64,000 nt of DNA. Source: an uncultured Candidatus Saccharibacteria bacterium. GTDB taxonomy: Bacteria > Patescibacteriota > Dojkabacteria > J137. Made by a program: the position numbers and the translations under genes. Positions 36,848 through 45,877 of this stretch are shown piece after piece (positions within the stretch are counted from its first letter, which is position 1; every line of letters begins with the position of its first letter). The notes under the pieces were generated by a model. It was not told the DNA's origin. It was given only the letters and a program-made list of their open reading frames with translations, and made no database searches. Location of the stretch: positions 17,885-81,884 of the forward strand of contig CAYPVU010000031.1 in the NCBI GenBank assembly GCA_964414295.1, written 5' to 3'.

Positions 36848-37885
36848 TTAATACCTATCGTTTTTATAAATAAACCTTTCTGCAATTCTTTGTACTAAGT
36901 ATAATGGATTAGCTTGAACATCCAATCCACCTACATAATCTAATTCATAACCACCAAACTTTCTTTTAAATTCAGAAACTCCTTTCATTCCATTTTCTAC
37001 ATTAATATTTTCTGGAACTACACCCCACATATTATATTTATTAAATCCTCTTTGTTTTAAATCTTTAATAATTTCCCAATGAAGCAAGTAAGATGCTCCA
37101 TATTTTTGTAACTGTCTATCTGCTAAAGATCCTCCATGAGAGTAATATCCTATATGATTATATGTATTTATTAAGGCTCCAGAAATAAATTTATTACCAT
37201 ATTTAGCTAGATATAAATTAAATTCTGAATCTTTTAATTCCTGAAACTGTTTAACAAAATATGTAAGACTAAAACTAGCAAAACTATGTCTTTTTGTTGT
37301 ATCAGCAAGTATATTAAAAAATTCTATAACTTCTTCTTCAGAATTAGCTTTAATAATCTCAATACCTGTTTTAGCTGAGTTTTTTATATTGTATCTTGTT
37401 ACTTTTTTCATCTCGGCTAAAAGTTCATCTTCAGATTTTGTTATATCAATTTCCCATACATATTTTGCTTGTGTAGGAGCCATTGATTTTTTATATCCAA
37501 GTGATGTAAAGATTTCTAGATATTGAGCATTAATTAATGGATCTATTCTAAAACAGTTAAGACCCTGTTCTTTTGCAAATTGAATTTGCCATGTTTTTAT
37601 TTGTTTATAAACTTCTTCTAATTCGTGTTCTTGTATGTTTAATACAGGACCATAAGGAGAGTAAGCATACTTGGCAATTCTTCTTCTAAAAACTTCTATA
37701 TAAAAATTACCAATAAAATTATCTTCTTTTTTAATTAAATATTGATGAATTTCTTTTCCTAAAGATTTTTGAAAGTTAATCCAATCAATTGAAGATAAAA
37801 AAGTAGAAGTTGTATCTTTATTTATAGATTCCCAAATTTCTTTGTAAGAATCATCGTATTTTAAAAAGGAAATATTTGCAGACAT
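36848..37885 (-). CDS. FemABX-family peptidyltransferase
   Basis: YSPYGP, KKVTRYNIK, YSHGGS, FKRKFGG. Confidence 0.92.
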   Translation of the reverse strand: MSANISFLKYDDSYKEIWESINKDTTSTFLSSIDWINFQKSLGKEIHQYLIKKEDNFIGNFYIEVFRRRIAKYAYSPYGPVLNIQEHELEEVYKQIKTWQIQFAKEQGLNCFRIDPLINAQYLEIFTSLGYKKSMAPTQAKYVWEIDITKSEDELLAEMKKVTRYNIKNSAKTGIEIIKANSEEEVIEFFNILADTTKRHSFASFSLTYFVKQFQELKDSEFNLYLAKYGNKFISGALINTYNHIGYYSHGGSLADRQLQKYGASYLLHWEIIKDLKQRGFNKYNMWGVVPENINVENGMKGVSEFKRKFGGYELDYVGGLDVQANPLYLVQRIAERFIYKNDRY

Positions 37886-37909
37886 ATTCTTTAGTTTAGT
37901 TAATTTTAA

Positions 37910-37928
37910 GGCGGGAATCAAACCCGCC
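37910..37928 (-). terminator. Hairpin downstream of dnaN
   Basis: ggcggg-aatcaaa-cccgcc. Confidence 0.5.
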
Positions 37929-37933
37929 CTAAA

Positions 37934-39085
37934 TTAAACATCTCTTCTTAGAGGCATTAGAATATGAATATATTTAGAATCAGCTTTGTCTTTAAAGATA
38001 GAAGCAGATAAAGGTCCTTTAGTTTCAAATCTTATTGTTTCTCCTTTTATATGATTCACTAGATCCTGCAAATACTTTAAGTTATAAGCAGAATTTAAAT
38101 CTCCTGATCCATCTGTTGAACCTACTTCAATTACAGTTTCATTTTCTCCAATTTCTGCAACTGAGGATCTTAATTTAATAACATTATTTTCAATATCAAA
38201 ATCAAATAATGTTTTACTAGATAAGTTACTTCTAGCAAATGTATTAATTACTTTAATTCCTTCTTCTAAATCACTTCTTTTTACTTCAAAAGTATATGCA
38301 AATGAATCTGGCATAATTCTTTTATAGTCTGGGTAAGGTCCTTCAATAAGTCTTAAACTAATTTCTACATCATCAAATTTAAAAATAATCTGTGACTTAT
38401 TTTCTGTAATAAATACCTGTACTGTATCTACATCAGAGTAATCTTGTAAGATTTTTACAACTTCTGCCATATATCTGGCAGGAACAATTACTTGACTACT
38501 AATTAAATCTCTTTTTAAATTAGAAATTTTTGCACTTCTTTTAGATAATCTAAACCCATCTAAACCAACAAAAGAAATTTCTTCATCGTTTCCTTCTTCC
38601 ATTTCGAATAAAACACCTGTTTGCTGAATCTTTCCCGCACTAAAATCTGTTGAGCAAGAAAACAATACTTTATCCATTGAAATAATTAATTCAGAAGCAG
38701 AAATAGAAAATACTGGTTCTGCAGGTGTTTCTGGTAATGGAGGGAATTCATTACTTGGGATAGTAGAAAAGTTAGCTTTAGACTTTGAAGTCTTTACTAA
38801 TAATGTACTATCTTTTGATTCTATATCCACCTTATCTGAATAAGAGGCTGCTACAAAATCAGCAATATACTTTGCAGATACTGTAGTACTTCCTTCTTCA
38901 TCAACTTTTCCAGGTATCCACATGTTAATACCCATATCCAGATTAGTTGCTGACAATTTAACATCTGTATTAGATACATCTAGTAAGACATTTGATAATA
39001 CGGGGATATTTGGTTTTGCACTAACAGCCCTTGATGCATATTGTAAGGACTTTGCAAGCTTTGCATGATTTAAAGTTATTTTCAT
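37934..39085 (-). CDS. dnaN: DNA polymerase III subunit beta (sliding clamp)
   Basis: IPVLSNVLL, ATNLD, DGFRL, RLIEGPYPDY, ILMPLR. Confidence 0.97.
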   Translation of the reverse strand: MKITLNHAKLAKSLQYASRAVSAKPNIPVLSNVLLDVSNTDVKLSATNLDMGINMWIPGKVDEEGSTTVSAKYIADFVAASYSDKVDIESKDSTLLVKTSKSKANFSTIPSNEFPPLPETPAEPVFSISASELIISMDKVLFSCSTDFSAGKIQQTGVLFEMEEGNDEEISFVGLDGFRLSKRSAKISNLKRDLISSQVIVPARYMAEVVKILQDYSDVDTVQVFITENKSQIIFKFDDVEISLRLIEGPYPDYKRIMPDSFAYTFEVKRSDLEEGIKVINTFARSNLSSKTLFDFDIENNVIKLRSSVAEIGENETVIEVGSTDGSGDLNSAYNLKYLQDLVNHIKGETIRFETKGPLSASIFKDKADSKYIHILMPLRRDV

Positions 39086-39089
39086 AATC

Positions 39090-39215
39090 TATATTTATTT
39101 TTAATAAGTAGAAAATATTAGTATATAGGCAGTGTTTATATGTGAATAACTTATCTAATTATTTGATTATATCAGGGAAATTTTGATTTTGTATATGTGG
39201 ATATAATTAGTGGAT
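39090..39215. promoter_or_regulatory. Candidate oriC unwinding region upstream of dnaN
   Basis: DnaA box TTATTCACA (minus, 39141-39149), near-box at 39196-39204; then on minus strand GCC and TAC-TAA-TAT-TTT-CTAC-TTA-TTA trio-like AT run. Confidence 0.65.
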
Positions 39216-39525
39216 GTAATCTTCAATATTTATGGTTGTATCTAATAACAGCAATAACTTTATTAACTTATTGGTGTGATTGTATTTAAGTAGAGCTTCA
39301 TCAATTCTTTTGCAAAATCCTTATCTGCTAACAGTAAACTTTATGTGTAAATACTGTTAGTGTTTTCACAGACCGTATACCTATTAAACTTGTAATTGTT
39401 AAAAAGCCAAAGTTTACCATTGTAAGTTTTAAAGTGTTGTAGTAATTTATTAAATACAAGCACAATACTTTTGGTAAATAAGTTCAATACAAACAAAGTG
39501 TCAAAGTACCAAACACGTATAAACC

Positions 39526-40356
39526 ATGACAAAAATAAGTTTAACAATAAAAAGTGAAGATAATAAGTTTTTCTTTGAACAAGAAATATCCTTAGTAGAT
39601 AGCTCTTTTATAATTAACTACTTTGCAAATAAAGAAAGTAATTCTAATGTTAGTTTAAGTATTCAACCTAGTAAGCCACAAATACTAATAAATGATACGA
39701 AACTTTTACTGGATCTCTTAGAAAAGTATCAACCAAAAAGTAATGTTGAGAAGTTTGTTGTTTTTGCCGAATATCTTACTGTAGTAAAAAGTGAACAGCC
39801 TTTTTCTGAAGTTGAGTTAAAAGAATTATTTACTACTGCTAACTTTAAAGTTCCAGAAAACTTTAAAAGAGATTTAGGCATTGCTGTAGGTAGGGGAGTT
39901 TTGTTTAAGTTAAAAGATCAGGATCTTTTTATTGCAACACCTAAAACTAAAAAGGAATTAGGTTTAATGATAGAAAAGCAAAGTATTGATGAATCTACAT
40001 TATTTAAAAAGAAAAAGAGAATTAGAGGATTAACTCAAAGAGCAGAATTTAATAATGATATAAAATCTATTCCACTAACAGGGAATTTAAAGGGTCTAAA
40101 TATTAAATATAAAGACCTTAGAAGCGGGTCAGATAGAATTCTGTGGGTTATTACATACTTAAAAAATAATGCTATGGAATCAGTCTCAATAAAAGACATA
40201 GAATTTATCTCAGATAAGTTAGGTAATATAGTAAAGTCAAAGTACTTTGCAATGTATAACAAACCTAATATTGAAAATGGCTATGTAGCAAAAGTAGATA
40301 ATAAGTTTATTATTACTGAAGAAGGGGAGAGGTACATTCACAATATTGCTGTTTGA
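39526..40356 (+). CDS. Hypothetical protein, possibly tandem winged-helix domains
   Basis: Two similar helical units ending in beta-hairpin-like motifs (F.ATPK / FIITEEG). Confidence 0.6.
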   Translation: MTKISLTIKSEDNKFFFEQEISLVDSSFIINYFANKESNSNVSLSIQPSKPQILINDTKLLLDLLEKYQPKSNVEKFVVFAEYLTVVKSEQPFSEVELKELFTTANFKVPENFKRDLGIAVGRGVLFKLKDQDLFIATPKTKKELGLMIEKQSIDESTLFKKKKRIRGLTQRAEFNNDIKSIPLTGNLKGLNIKYKDLRSGSDRILWVITYLKNNAMESVSIKDIEFISDKLGNIVKSKYFAMYNKPNIENGYVAKVDNKFIITEEGERYIHNIAV

Positions 40357-40408
40357 CACATTAGGGTATTCATTAGGTAGTATTAAATATATTTTTTACT
40401 AATCCTTT

Positions 40409-40879
40409 ATGCCTTCTAGTAAAGAACTTCAAACAGTATTAAGAGAGTTTAACTTATTAGGTTATGCAGATGAATCTGCTAAATATGTAGATAATGGTAA
40501 GAATGGAAAGATTATTACAAAACAAATAGGGGAATATAAGTATGAAGATGAGTTTTATGGAGGTGAACCATACTCAGGTAATGAAACAATTTGGTTTAAA
40601 AATAAAGATGTTTTTAGATGTGTTTATTGGGGGAAGGTAGCTAAAGGAATTAAATTTGGAGAAGTTTATGACTTTTTAAGAAAGACATTGATGCAGGGTC
40701 CTAATAATAATCTTGTTCATAGAGGTCCATCTGAATTTACTGAAGATAAATTTAAATATACAAATATCTGCGAGGGTACAATTGATGAATTCAGGCAAGT
40801 AGAAAGAATTTTTATTAATAACAAAGAAGTCTATATTGCATACTTTTTTGGCGGCAGAGTTAATACTCAAGAAGAGTAG
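40409..40879 (+). CDS. DUF5680-like protein
   Basis: YKYEDEFYGG..YSGNE...FLRKTL...RGP...F.Y...G.I..F...E.I...EVY...FGG. Confidence 0.75.
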   Translation: MPSSKELQTVLREFNLLGYADESAKYVDNGKNGKIITKQIGEYKYEDEFYGGEPYSGNETIWFKNKDVFRCVYWGKVAKGIKFGEVYDFLRKTLMQGPNNNLVHRGPSEFTEDKFKYTNICEGTIDEFRQVERIFINNKEVYIAYFFGGRVNTQEE

Positions 40880-40884
40880 AATCT

Positions 40885-41151
40885 TTACGGATAAGAAATC
40901 GGTAAAGCAAAAGATGCCGGTGTAGGGTAAGAGACTACTTCGTTTTCTACTTCGACAGGATAACTAATAGTAGTTGGATTGTTATTTACAATAACTGGAA
41001 ATGATACAGGTAAATTAACAGTGGGAATTTTACCGTCAAAAGCAATATAAATTCCCATCATTATTAATACAATTAAAAATATTGATGTACCACCACCTGC
41101 AACCATTGTTTGTCTAGGATGTTTTTTACTAAATGATTCCAATTCGTCCAT
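40885..41151 (-). CDS. Small membrane protein
   Basis: Single TM, Pro-rich C-terminus with repeated SYP. Confidence 0.6.
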   Translation of the reverse strand: MDELESFSKKHPRQTMVAGGGTSIFLIVLIMMGIYIAFDGKIPTVNLPVSFPVIVNNNPTTISYPVEVENEVVSYPTPASFALPISYP

Positions 41152-41169
41152 ATCTATAGTTTAAATTAT

Positions 41170-42576
41170 TTATTCCAACTCATCATCTGGGCTAGCGCTT
41201 TCGTTTATACTTGTAATTATTTGAGCTACTTGTCTATTAAATCCATCCTGAAGCATCATTTTGCTTTTAACTTTATCTATAGCATGTAATACAGTTGTAT
41301 GATCTTCTCGATTTAAAAACTTTGCAACTTCTTCTAATTTGTAATTAAACTCTTCTCTTAAAATATACATAGCAACTTGTCTTGCTAATGCTAATTCTTT
41401 TGTTCTTCTTGGTCCTTTTAATTCTTTAACTGTAACGCCAAAAGATTTTGCAACTTCTTTTAATACTTTTGGAACTTTTACTTTTTCTCTTTTAGTTTGT
41501 GGATCTTTACCTATTGTATGAGCAACTTCTTCTAGAGTTAAATCACCATTTGGTTTCATTTGGTTATATAGTGCAACTTTTTGTAAAGCTCCTTCAAGTT
41601 CTCTAATATTATCTGTAACAGCTCTTGCTATAAATTCAATTACTTGAGGTTTTAATGTATATCCCATTGCATCTGCTTTTCTTTGTAGAATTGCTAATCT
41701 AGTTTCGTAGTCAGGATTAGAGATATCAACAACCATGCCTCCTAACATTCTTGATTTAAGTCTGCTCTCTAAACTTTGAATATCTTCAGGTCTTCTATCT
41801 GCAATAAAGATTACTTGTTTCCCTGCATTGTGGATTTCGTTAAATGTATTAAAGAATTCATCTTGAGTTGCTACCCATTTAGAAATTAACTGAACATCAT
41901 CAATAATTAATAGATCTACCTGTCTATACTTTTGTCTAAATGCTTCCATTCCGCCGCCTTTAATGCCTTTTACCATTTCATTTAAAAATCCTTCAGAAGA
42001 TATATATTTAATTTTGTATTTAGGATTTCTTTCTATCATTGATCTTCCAATTGATTGGGCTAAATGAGTTTTACCTACACCTGTTCTCCCATGCATAAAT
42101 AATGGGTTATACATCACTCCTGGGTTTTCTATAACTGCTAATGCGGCTGCATGGGCTAGTCTATTGGAATTTCCTACAACGTAATTAGAAATAGAGTATT
42201 TAGGATTTAAACCAGATTTGTTTATTGTTTCTGTAACAATACTCATCATTCCATTTTCTAAACTTAGTAAAGGCTGACTTTCTGGATCTTTAGGTTTTGA
42301 TTCTTCGTCAGTAGGTTCTTTATGATAAACCTCAAAGATTGGATTTAATTGATCTCCATAAACGTAGCTTACTGTTTCTTTAATTAATCTTTCATGTTTG
42401 CTTTTTAACCATTCAAGAGAGTAAGGATTTTGTACTCCAATAAAAGCATTATTACCATCAATCTTTAAAAGTTTTGTTCCTTGAAAGAATGTATTAAATG
42501 TAGCTGGAGAATCTAATTTAATTTCTATTTGGGCTAATGTTGTTTTCCACACCTGATCTGGGTCTTTTATTTTCAT
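41170..42576 (-). CDS. dnaA: Chromosomal replication initiator
   Basis: YNPLFMHGRTGVGKTHL, IDDVQ, NIRELEGAL, ARQVAMY, REDHTTVLHA. Confidence 0.98.
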   Translation of the reverse strand: MKIKDPDQVWKTTLAQIEIKLDSPATFNTFFQGTKLLKIDGNNAFIGVQNPYSLEWLKSKHERLIKETVSYVYGDQLNPIFEVYHKEPTDEESKPKDPESQPLLSLENGMMSIVTETINKSGLNPKYSISNYVVGNSNRLAHAAALAVIENPGVMYNPLFMHGRTGVGKTHLAQSIGRSMIERNPKYKIKYISSEGFLNEMVKGIKGGGMEAFRQKYRQVDLLIIDDVQLISKWVATQDEFFNTFNEIHNAGKQVIFIADRRPEDIQSLESRLKSRMLGGMVVDISNPDYETRLAILQRKADAMGYTLKPQVIEFIARAVTDNIRELEGALQKVALYNQMKPNGDLTLEEVAHTIGKDPQTKREKVKVPKVLKEVAKSFGVTVKELKGPRRTKELALARQVAMYILREEFNYKLEEVAKFLNREDHTTVLHAIDKVKSKMMLQDGFNRQVAQIITSINESASPDDELE

Positions 42577-42649
42577 AGTATAATTGAGTAAAACAATAGG
42601 ATTGTTTAATTAATATTTTCAGAGTCAATATACATTATTGCATGAAAAT

Positions 42650-42665
42650 TTATCCACGTGGATAA
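42650..42665. promoter_or_regulatory. Palindromic pair of overlapping DnaA boxes upstream of dnaA
   Basis: TTATCCACGTGGATAA. Confidence 0.7.
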
Positions 42666-42715
42666 CCTATAATAGCAATTTGTAAAAAACTTTACCAGAA
42701 AACGTTTTGCAATAA

Positions 42716-43297
42716 ATGAAAACTAAAAAAATAATTTTAGAAGGAACAGTAGAAAGTTTATTTTGTATTAAGGATGACCAAGTTATTAATGCAGATAAGC
42801 TAACAGTAATGTGGGATGGCATTATTAACGATAAACATACTAGTAGAACTTCAATAGCTAGAACTCAAGATAGTAGTGAAAATAATGTTCCAAAAGGAAC
42901 AGAAATTTTAAACTTAAGACAAATCTCAATTATTTCTAAAGAAGAGCAGGAAGAAGTTGCTCAAAAATTAGGAATTGCAAAAATTAACTATGAAGATTTA
43001 CGCCCAAATATTGTAATAAGCGGAATTCCCAATTTAACAAACTTACCAGCAGGTACTAGAATTCAATTTCCAGAGTTTACATTATTATATGTTACTGGAG
43101 AAAACTATCCTTGTATTGTATCTGGAACTAGAGTAGAGCAAAGCAATAAAGAGATTGCTAATTTAAAATTCAAGTATCCTAAAGAAGCAATGCATTTAAG
43201 AGGTATATTAGCTATTGTTTTAAGACCTGGATTTATTAGAAAAGGGGATAAATTTAAAGTTACTATTCCACCACAATATATTTATGAATCTAATTAA
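42716..43297 (+). CDS. MOSC-domain protein
   Basis: GIINDKH, RQISI, LRPNIVISG, NYPC, RGILAIVLRPG.I..GD. Confidence 0.88.
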   Translation: MKTKKIILEGTVESLFCIKDDQVINADKLTVMWDGIINDKHTSRTSIARTQDSSENNVPKGTEILNLRQISIISKEEQEEVAQKLGIAKINYEDLRPNIVISGIPNLTNLPAGTRIQFPEFTLLYVTGENYPCIVSGTRVEQSNKEIANLKFKYPKEAMHLRGILAIVLRPGFIRKGDKFKVTIPPQYIYESN

Positions 43298-43577
43298 ATT
43301 TATTTTAAACATTCCTAAGAAGATTGGTTTAATTCTTATTAGAATTTATCAAAAATTATTTTCTTTTGACCATTCCTTTTGGGCTAAACATACTAATTAC
43401 AGAGTGTGTATTTATCATCCCTCTTGTTCTGAATATACATATCAGGCAATAGATAGATTCGGTTTAATTAGAGGCAGTATTATGGGATTTTTTAGAATAA
43501 TGAGATGCAATCCTATGAGTGAACCAGGTGAAGATCCTGTTCCAAATTACTTTAGCATTAAAAGAAATAGGGGTTAA
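43284..43577 (+). CDS. yidD: Membrane protein insertion efficiency factor
   Basis: LIRIYQ, CIYHPSCSEY, RIMRCNP...G.DPVP. Confidence 0.93.
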   Translation: MNLIKFILNIPKKIGLILIRIYQKLFSFDHSFWAKHTNYRVCIYHPSCSEYTYQAIDRFGLIRGSIMGFFRIMRCNPMSEPGEDPVPNYFSIKRNRG

Positions 43578-44362
43578 ATTTCAATTATTTCTTGTTCTTG
43601 AGTAAAGATCGTCATAGATACATTATTTTCTTGAGCAAATAACTTATATTGGTGAAGCCAATTTAGATTTTCTATTTCTAAAGATAGGATTTTTAAATCT
43701 ATTAAGTTAGCACCTTTAACTACAATATAGTTTGCTTTAACTTCTTTATCTACATTTGCAAATTTAGAATAAAACTTTTCTTCCTTTGTAGAATCAGGAA
43801 TAAACATGTAAGCATAAGAATTATAGAGTTTAAATTCAATTTCTTTATTAAAATCTGAAGCATTAAATTTTGCATTCCATCTAACATTCCCAAAGCTGCC
43901 TGCAACATCTACATAACTAAAGTAATAGTTTCTTACACCATTAAAATCAAGAAAAGCATTTATCTTTTTTAATATGTAAAACTTAAGCAGAGTAGAATCA
44001 AATCTAAAATTTTTCAATTTTATAATTGCATCTTCTTCTTTATTTATTTCTATATACTCATTAATTTTATATTTATCTATCTTTTCACTAAACGGAGAAA
44101 AAGAACTTTGTGTAGCAGAGTAGTATTTTAAATTTAATTCAAAATATTCTATAAATTCTGGACTTACAATAACTGGAAGTTTTGTTGTAGCGTTGCTTAA
44201 TTTATGTGCAGAACTATTAATTTGCTTTGTACTTAAATCATTTTTTAATACATGAATTAAATTACTTACTCCTTCTGCTATCTCGGGAGCTATATTATCA
44301 ACAAATTCAAATTTTATTTCACTGCTTAAAAAAGGGAAGTGATATGTATGCAATTTACTCAT
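43574..44362 (-). CDS. Degenerate ApbE-like protein
   Basis: SSAHKLSN...VIVSPEF...ATQSSFSPF and FDSTLLKFY align with ApbE motifs, but conserved residues are lost. Confidence 0.55.
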   Translation of the reverse strand: MSKLHTYHFPFLSSEIKFEFVDNIAPEIAEGVSNLIHVLKNDLSTKQINSSAHKLSNATTKLPVIVSPEFIEYFELNLKYYSATQSSFSPFSEKIDKYKINEYIEINKEEDAIIKLKNFRFDSTLLKFYILKKINAFLDFNGVRNYYFSYVDVAGSFGNVRWNAKFNASDFNKEIEFKLYNSYAYMFIPDSTKEEKFYSKFANVDKEVKANYIVVKGANLIDLKILSLEIENLNWLHQYKLFAQENNVSMTIFTQEQEIIEI

Positions 44363-44433
44363 TAACTCAAGTTTAAATCTACTTTAATATAGTTTAATAT
44401 AGTGTTAGACAAATTAAAAACAGTAATAATTAA

Positions 44434-45003
44434 ATGGAGCAGAAAAGAATTTTTAATTTATTAAAACCTATAAAGCCTCCTGCAACTTTTTGGGATAAAG
44501 CTTACGATTGGGTTTTAGGAAAAGCTAGAATAGTAATTTTGGTTACAGAATTACTAATTGTATTTGCATTTGTAGCAAAGGTAATTGTAGATACAGAAGC
44601 AAGAAGTAAAGATGAAGAGATTGCAACACTAAAAGGAGAATTAGGATTTTATTCTTCTGGAAGAGAACCAATCTTTAGAGATTTGCAAAGAAGAGATTCT
44701 GCATATTTAAGATTATGGGAATATTCAAGCAGCTATACAGATGTTTTAAACGAAATCTACTCTTATGTCAGAACACCTGGAGTTCAGTTAACCGTTAGAG
44801 CAGAAAAAAATAGAATTAGTATATTTGGTTATGATGATTTAAGTGCTGTACAGAACTTAGAAACTCAAATGAAACAGTCACCAACTTTTACATCTGTTTT
44901 TGTTGATACATTAACACTAGAACAAAAGGAAGTTCTTCAGTCTACAGGTCAGTATGTGTTGATTGCAACATTATCTAATTTTCAAAGAGGTCAATTACAG
45001 TAA
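44434..45003 (+). CDS. PilN-like type IV pilus alignment protein
   Basis: FNLL motif, TM, coiled coil, PGVQLT...ISIFG...SPTFTSV. Confidence 0.7.
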   Translation: MEQKRIFNLLKPIKPPATFWDKAYDWVLGKARIVILVTELLIVFAFVAKVIVDTEARSKDEEIATLKGELGFYSSGREPIFRDLQRRDSAYLRLWEYSSSYTDVLNEIYSYVRTPGVQLTVRAEKNRISIFGYDDLSAVQNLETQMKQSPTFTSVFVDTLTLEQKEVLQSTGQYVLIATLSNFQRGQLQ

Positions 45004-45004
45004 T

Positions 45005-45643
45005 ATGCCGCCAAGATACAGAAGTGCAAGCAAAAGATTAAATGATTTGTTATCAACTAGCCAAAACAAGAGTTACTTTGTTGGAGCTATAACTGTCCTA
45101 TTTATTGTTTTAATGACAATGGTTGGTATTTTACCTGCATATAGTGCATTTACATTCCAAAGTGAAGAAAACGGTAAAAGAAATCAATTAATAGAAAAAC
45201 TAACTAAAAAGTTAGATACATCTAAAAAGCTTACCCAAGAGTATGATGCAAAAACAAAAATGGTGAATTATTTTAAAGAAGTAATGCCAGAAAGTGCAAT
45301 GCAAGATACTATTATGGATTTAATGAATAAAACAATAGAAAGTAATTCAGCTGCTTTAACTTCTATTACTTTTAATAAGAATCCAACACCTGTATTTACA
45401 CAATCAGGCTTTGATACTACATATAAAGCACAGCAGATAAACTTGACTATTAAAGGGTCACAAAGTTCCTTATTAAATATTGTAAGAGATGTAGAAGATT
45501 CAAGAAGAATATTTAATATTATTGATTTAACATTAGATAGAGTAGTGCAGGAGGATGCTAATTTTACTGAAACAGTAAATGATGGTGAATATATTTTGAA
45601 TCTACATATAGAATATTACTTTTTTACAACACATTCAGAATAG
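45005..45643 (+). CDS. PilO-like type IV pilus alignment protein
   Basis: TM, coiled coil, INLTIKGS...VEDSRRIFNI. Confidence 0.75.
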   Translation: MPPRYRSASKRLNDLLSTSQNKSYFVGAITVLFIVLMTMVGILPAYSAFTFQSEENGKRNQLIEKLTKKLDTSKKLTQEYDAKTKMVNYFKEVMPESAMQDTIMDLMNKTIESNSAALTSITFNKNPTPVFTQSGFDTTYKAQQINLTIKGSQSSLLNIVRDVEDSRRIFNIIDLTLDRVVQEDANFTETVNDGEYILNLHIEYYFFTTHSE

Positions 45644-45646
45644 AAT

Positions 45647-45874
45647 ATGAATAAATCTTGGATTTTACTAATAATAATGGGACTTATATTTTTAGCTGCT
45701 GCAATAGGCTGGGAAGCTTATCAAAACTTTTCTGGTGCTAGAAGTAATATTGATATTAGTGTAATTGAATATCAAAGAGAAACACTTTTATCTCCTAGAT
45801 TAGAAAAGCATATTACAACAGATCCTGCATATATTAATAGAACAGATTTAGAGAACTCTTCATCTGATTTATAA
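45647..45874 (+). CDS. Small membrane protein following pilNO
   Basis: N-terminal TM, 75 aa. Confidence 0.6.
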   Translation: MNKSWILLIIMGLIFLAAAIGWEAYQNFSGARSNIDISVIEYQRETLLSPRLEKHITTDPAYINRTDLENSSSDL

Positions 45875-45877
45875 GCT

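Noticed and set aside
39341-39547. 68-aa minus-strand ORF and loose AAAGT repeats near the origin
   Set aside because: No protein features; repeats too degenerate to call.
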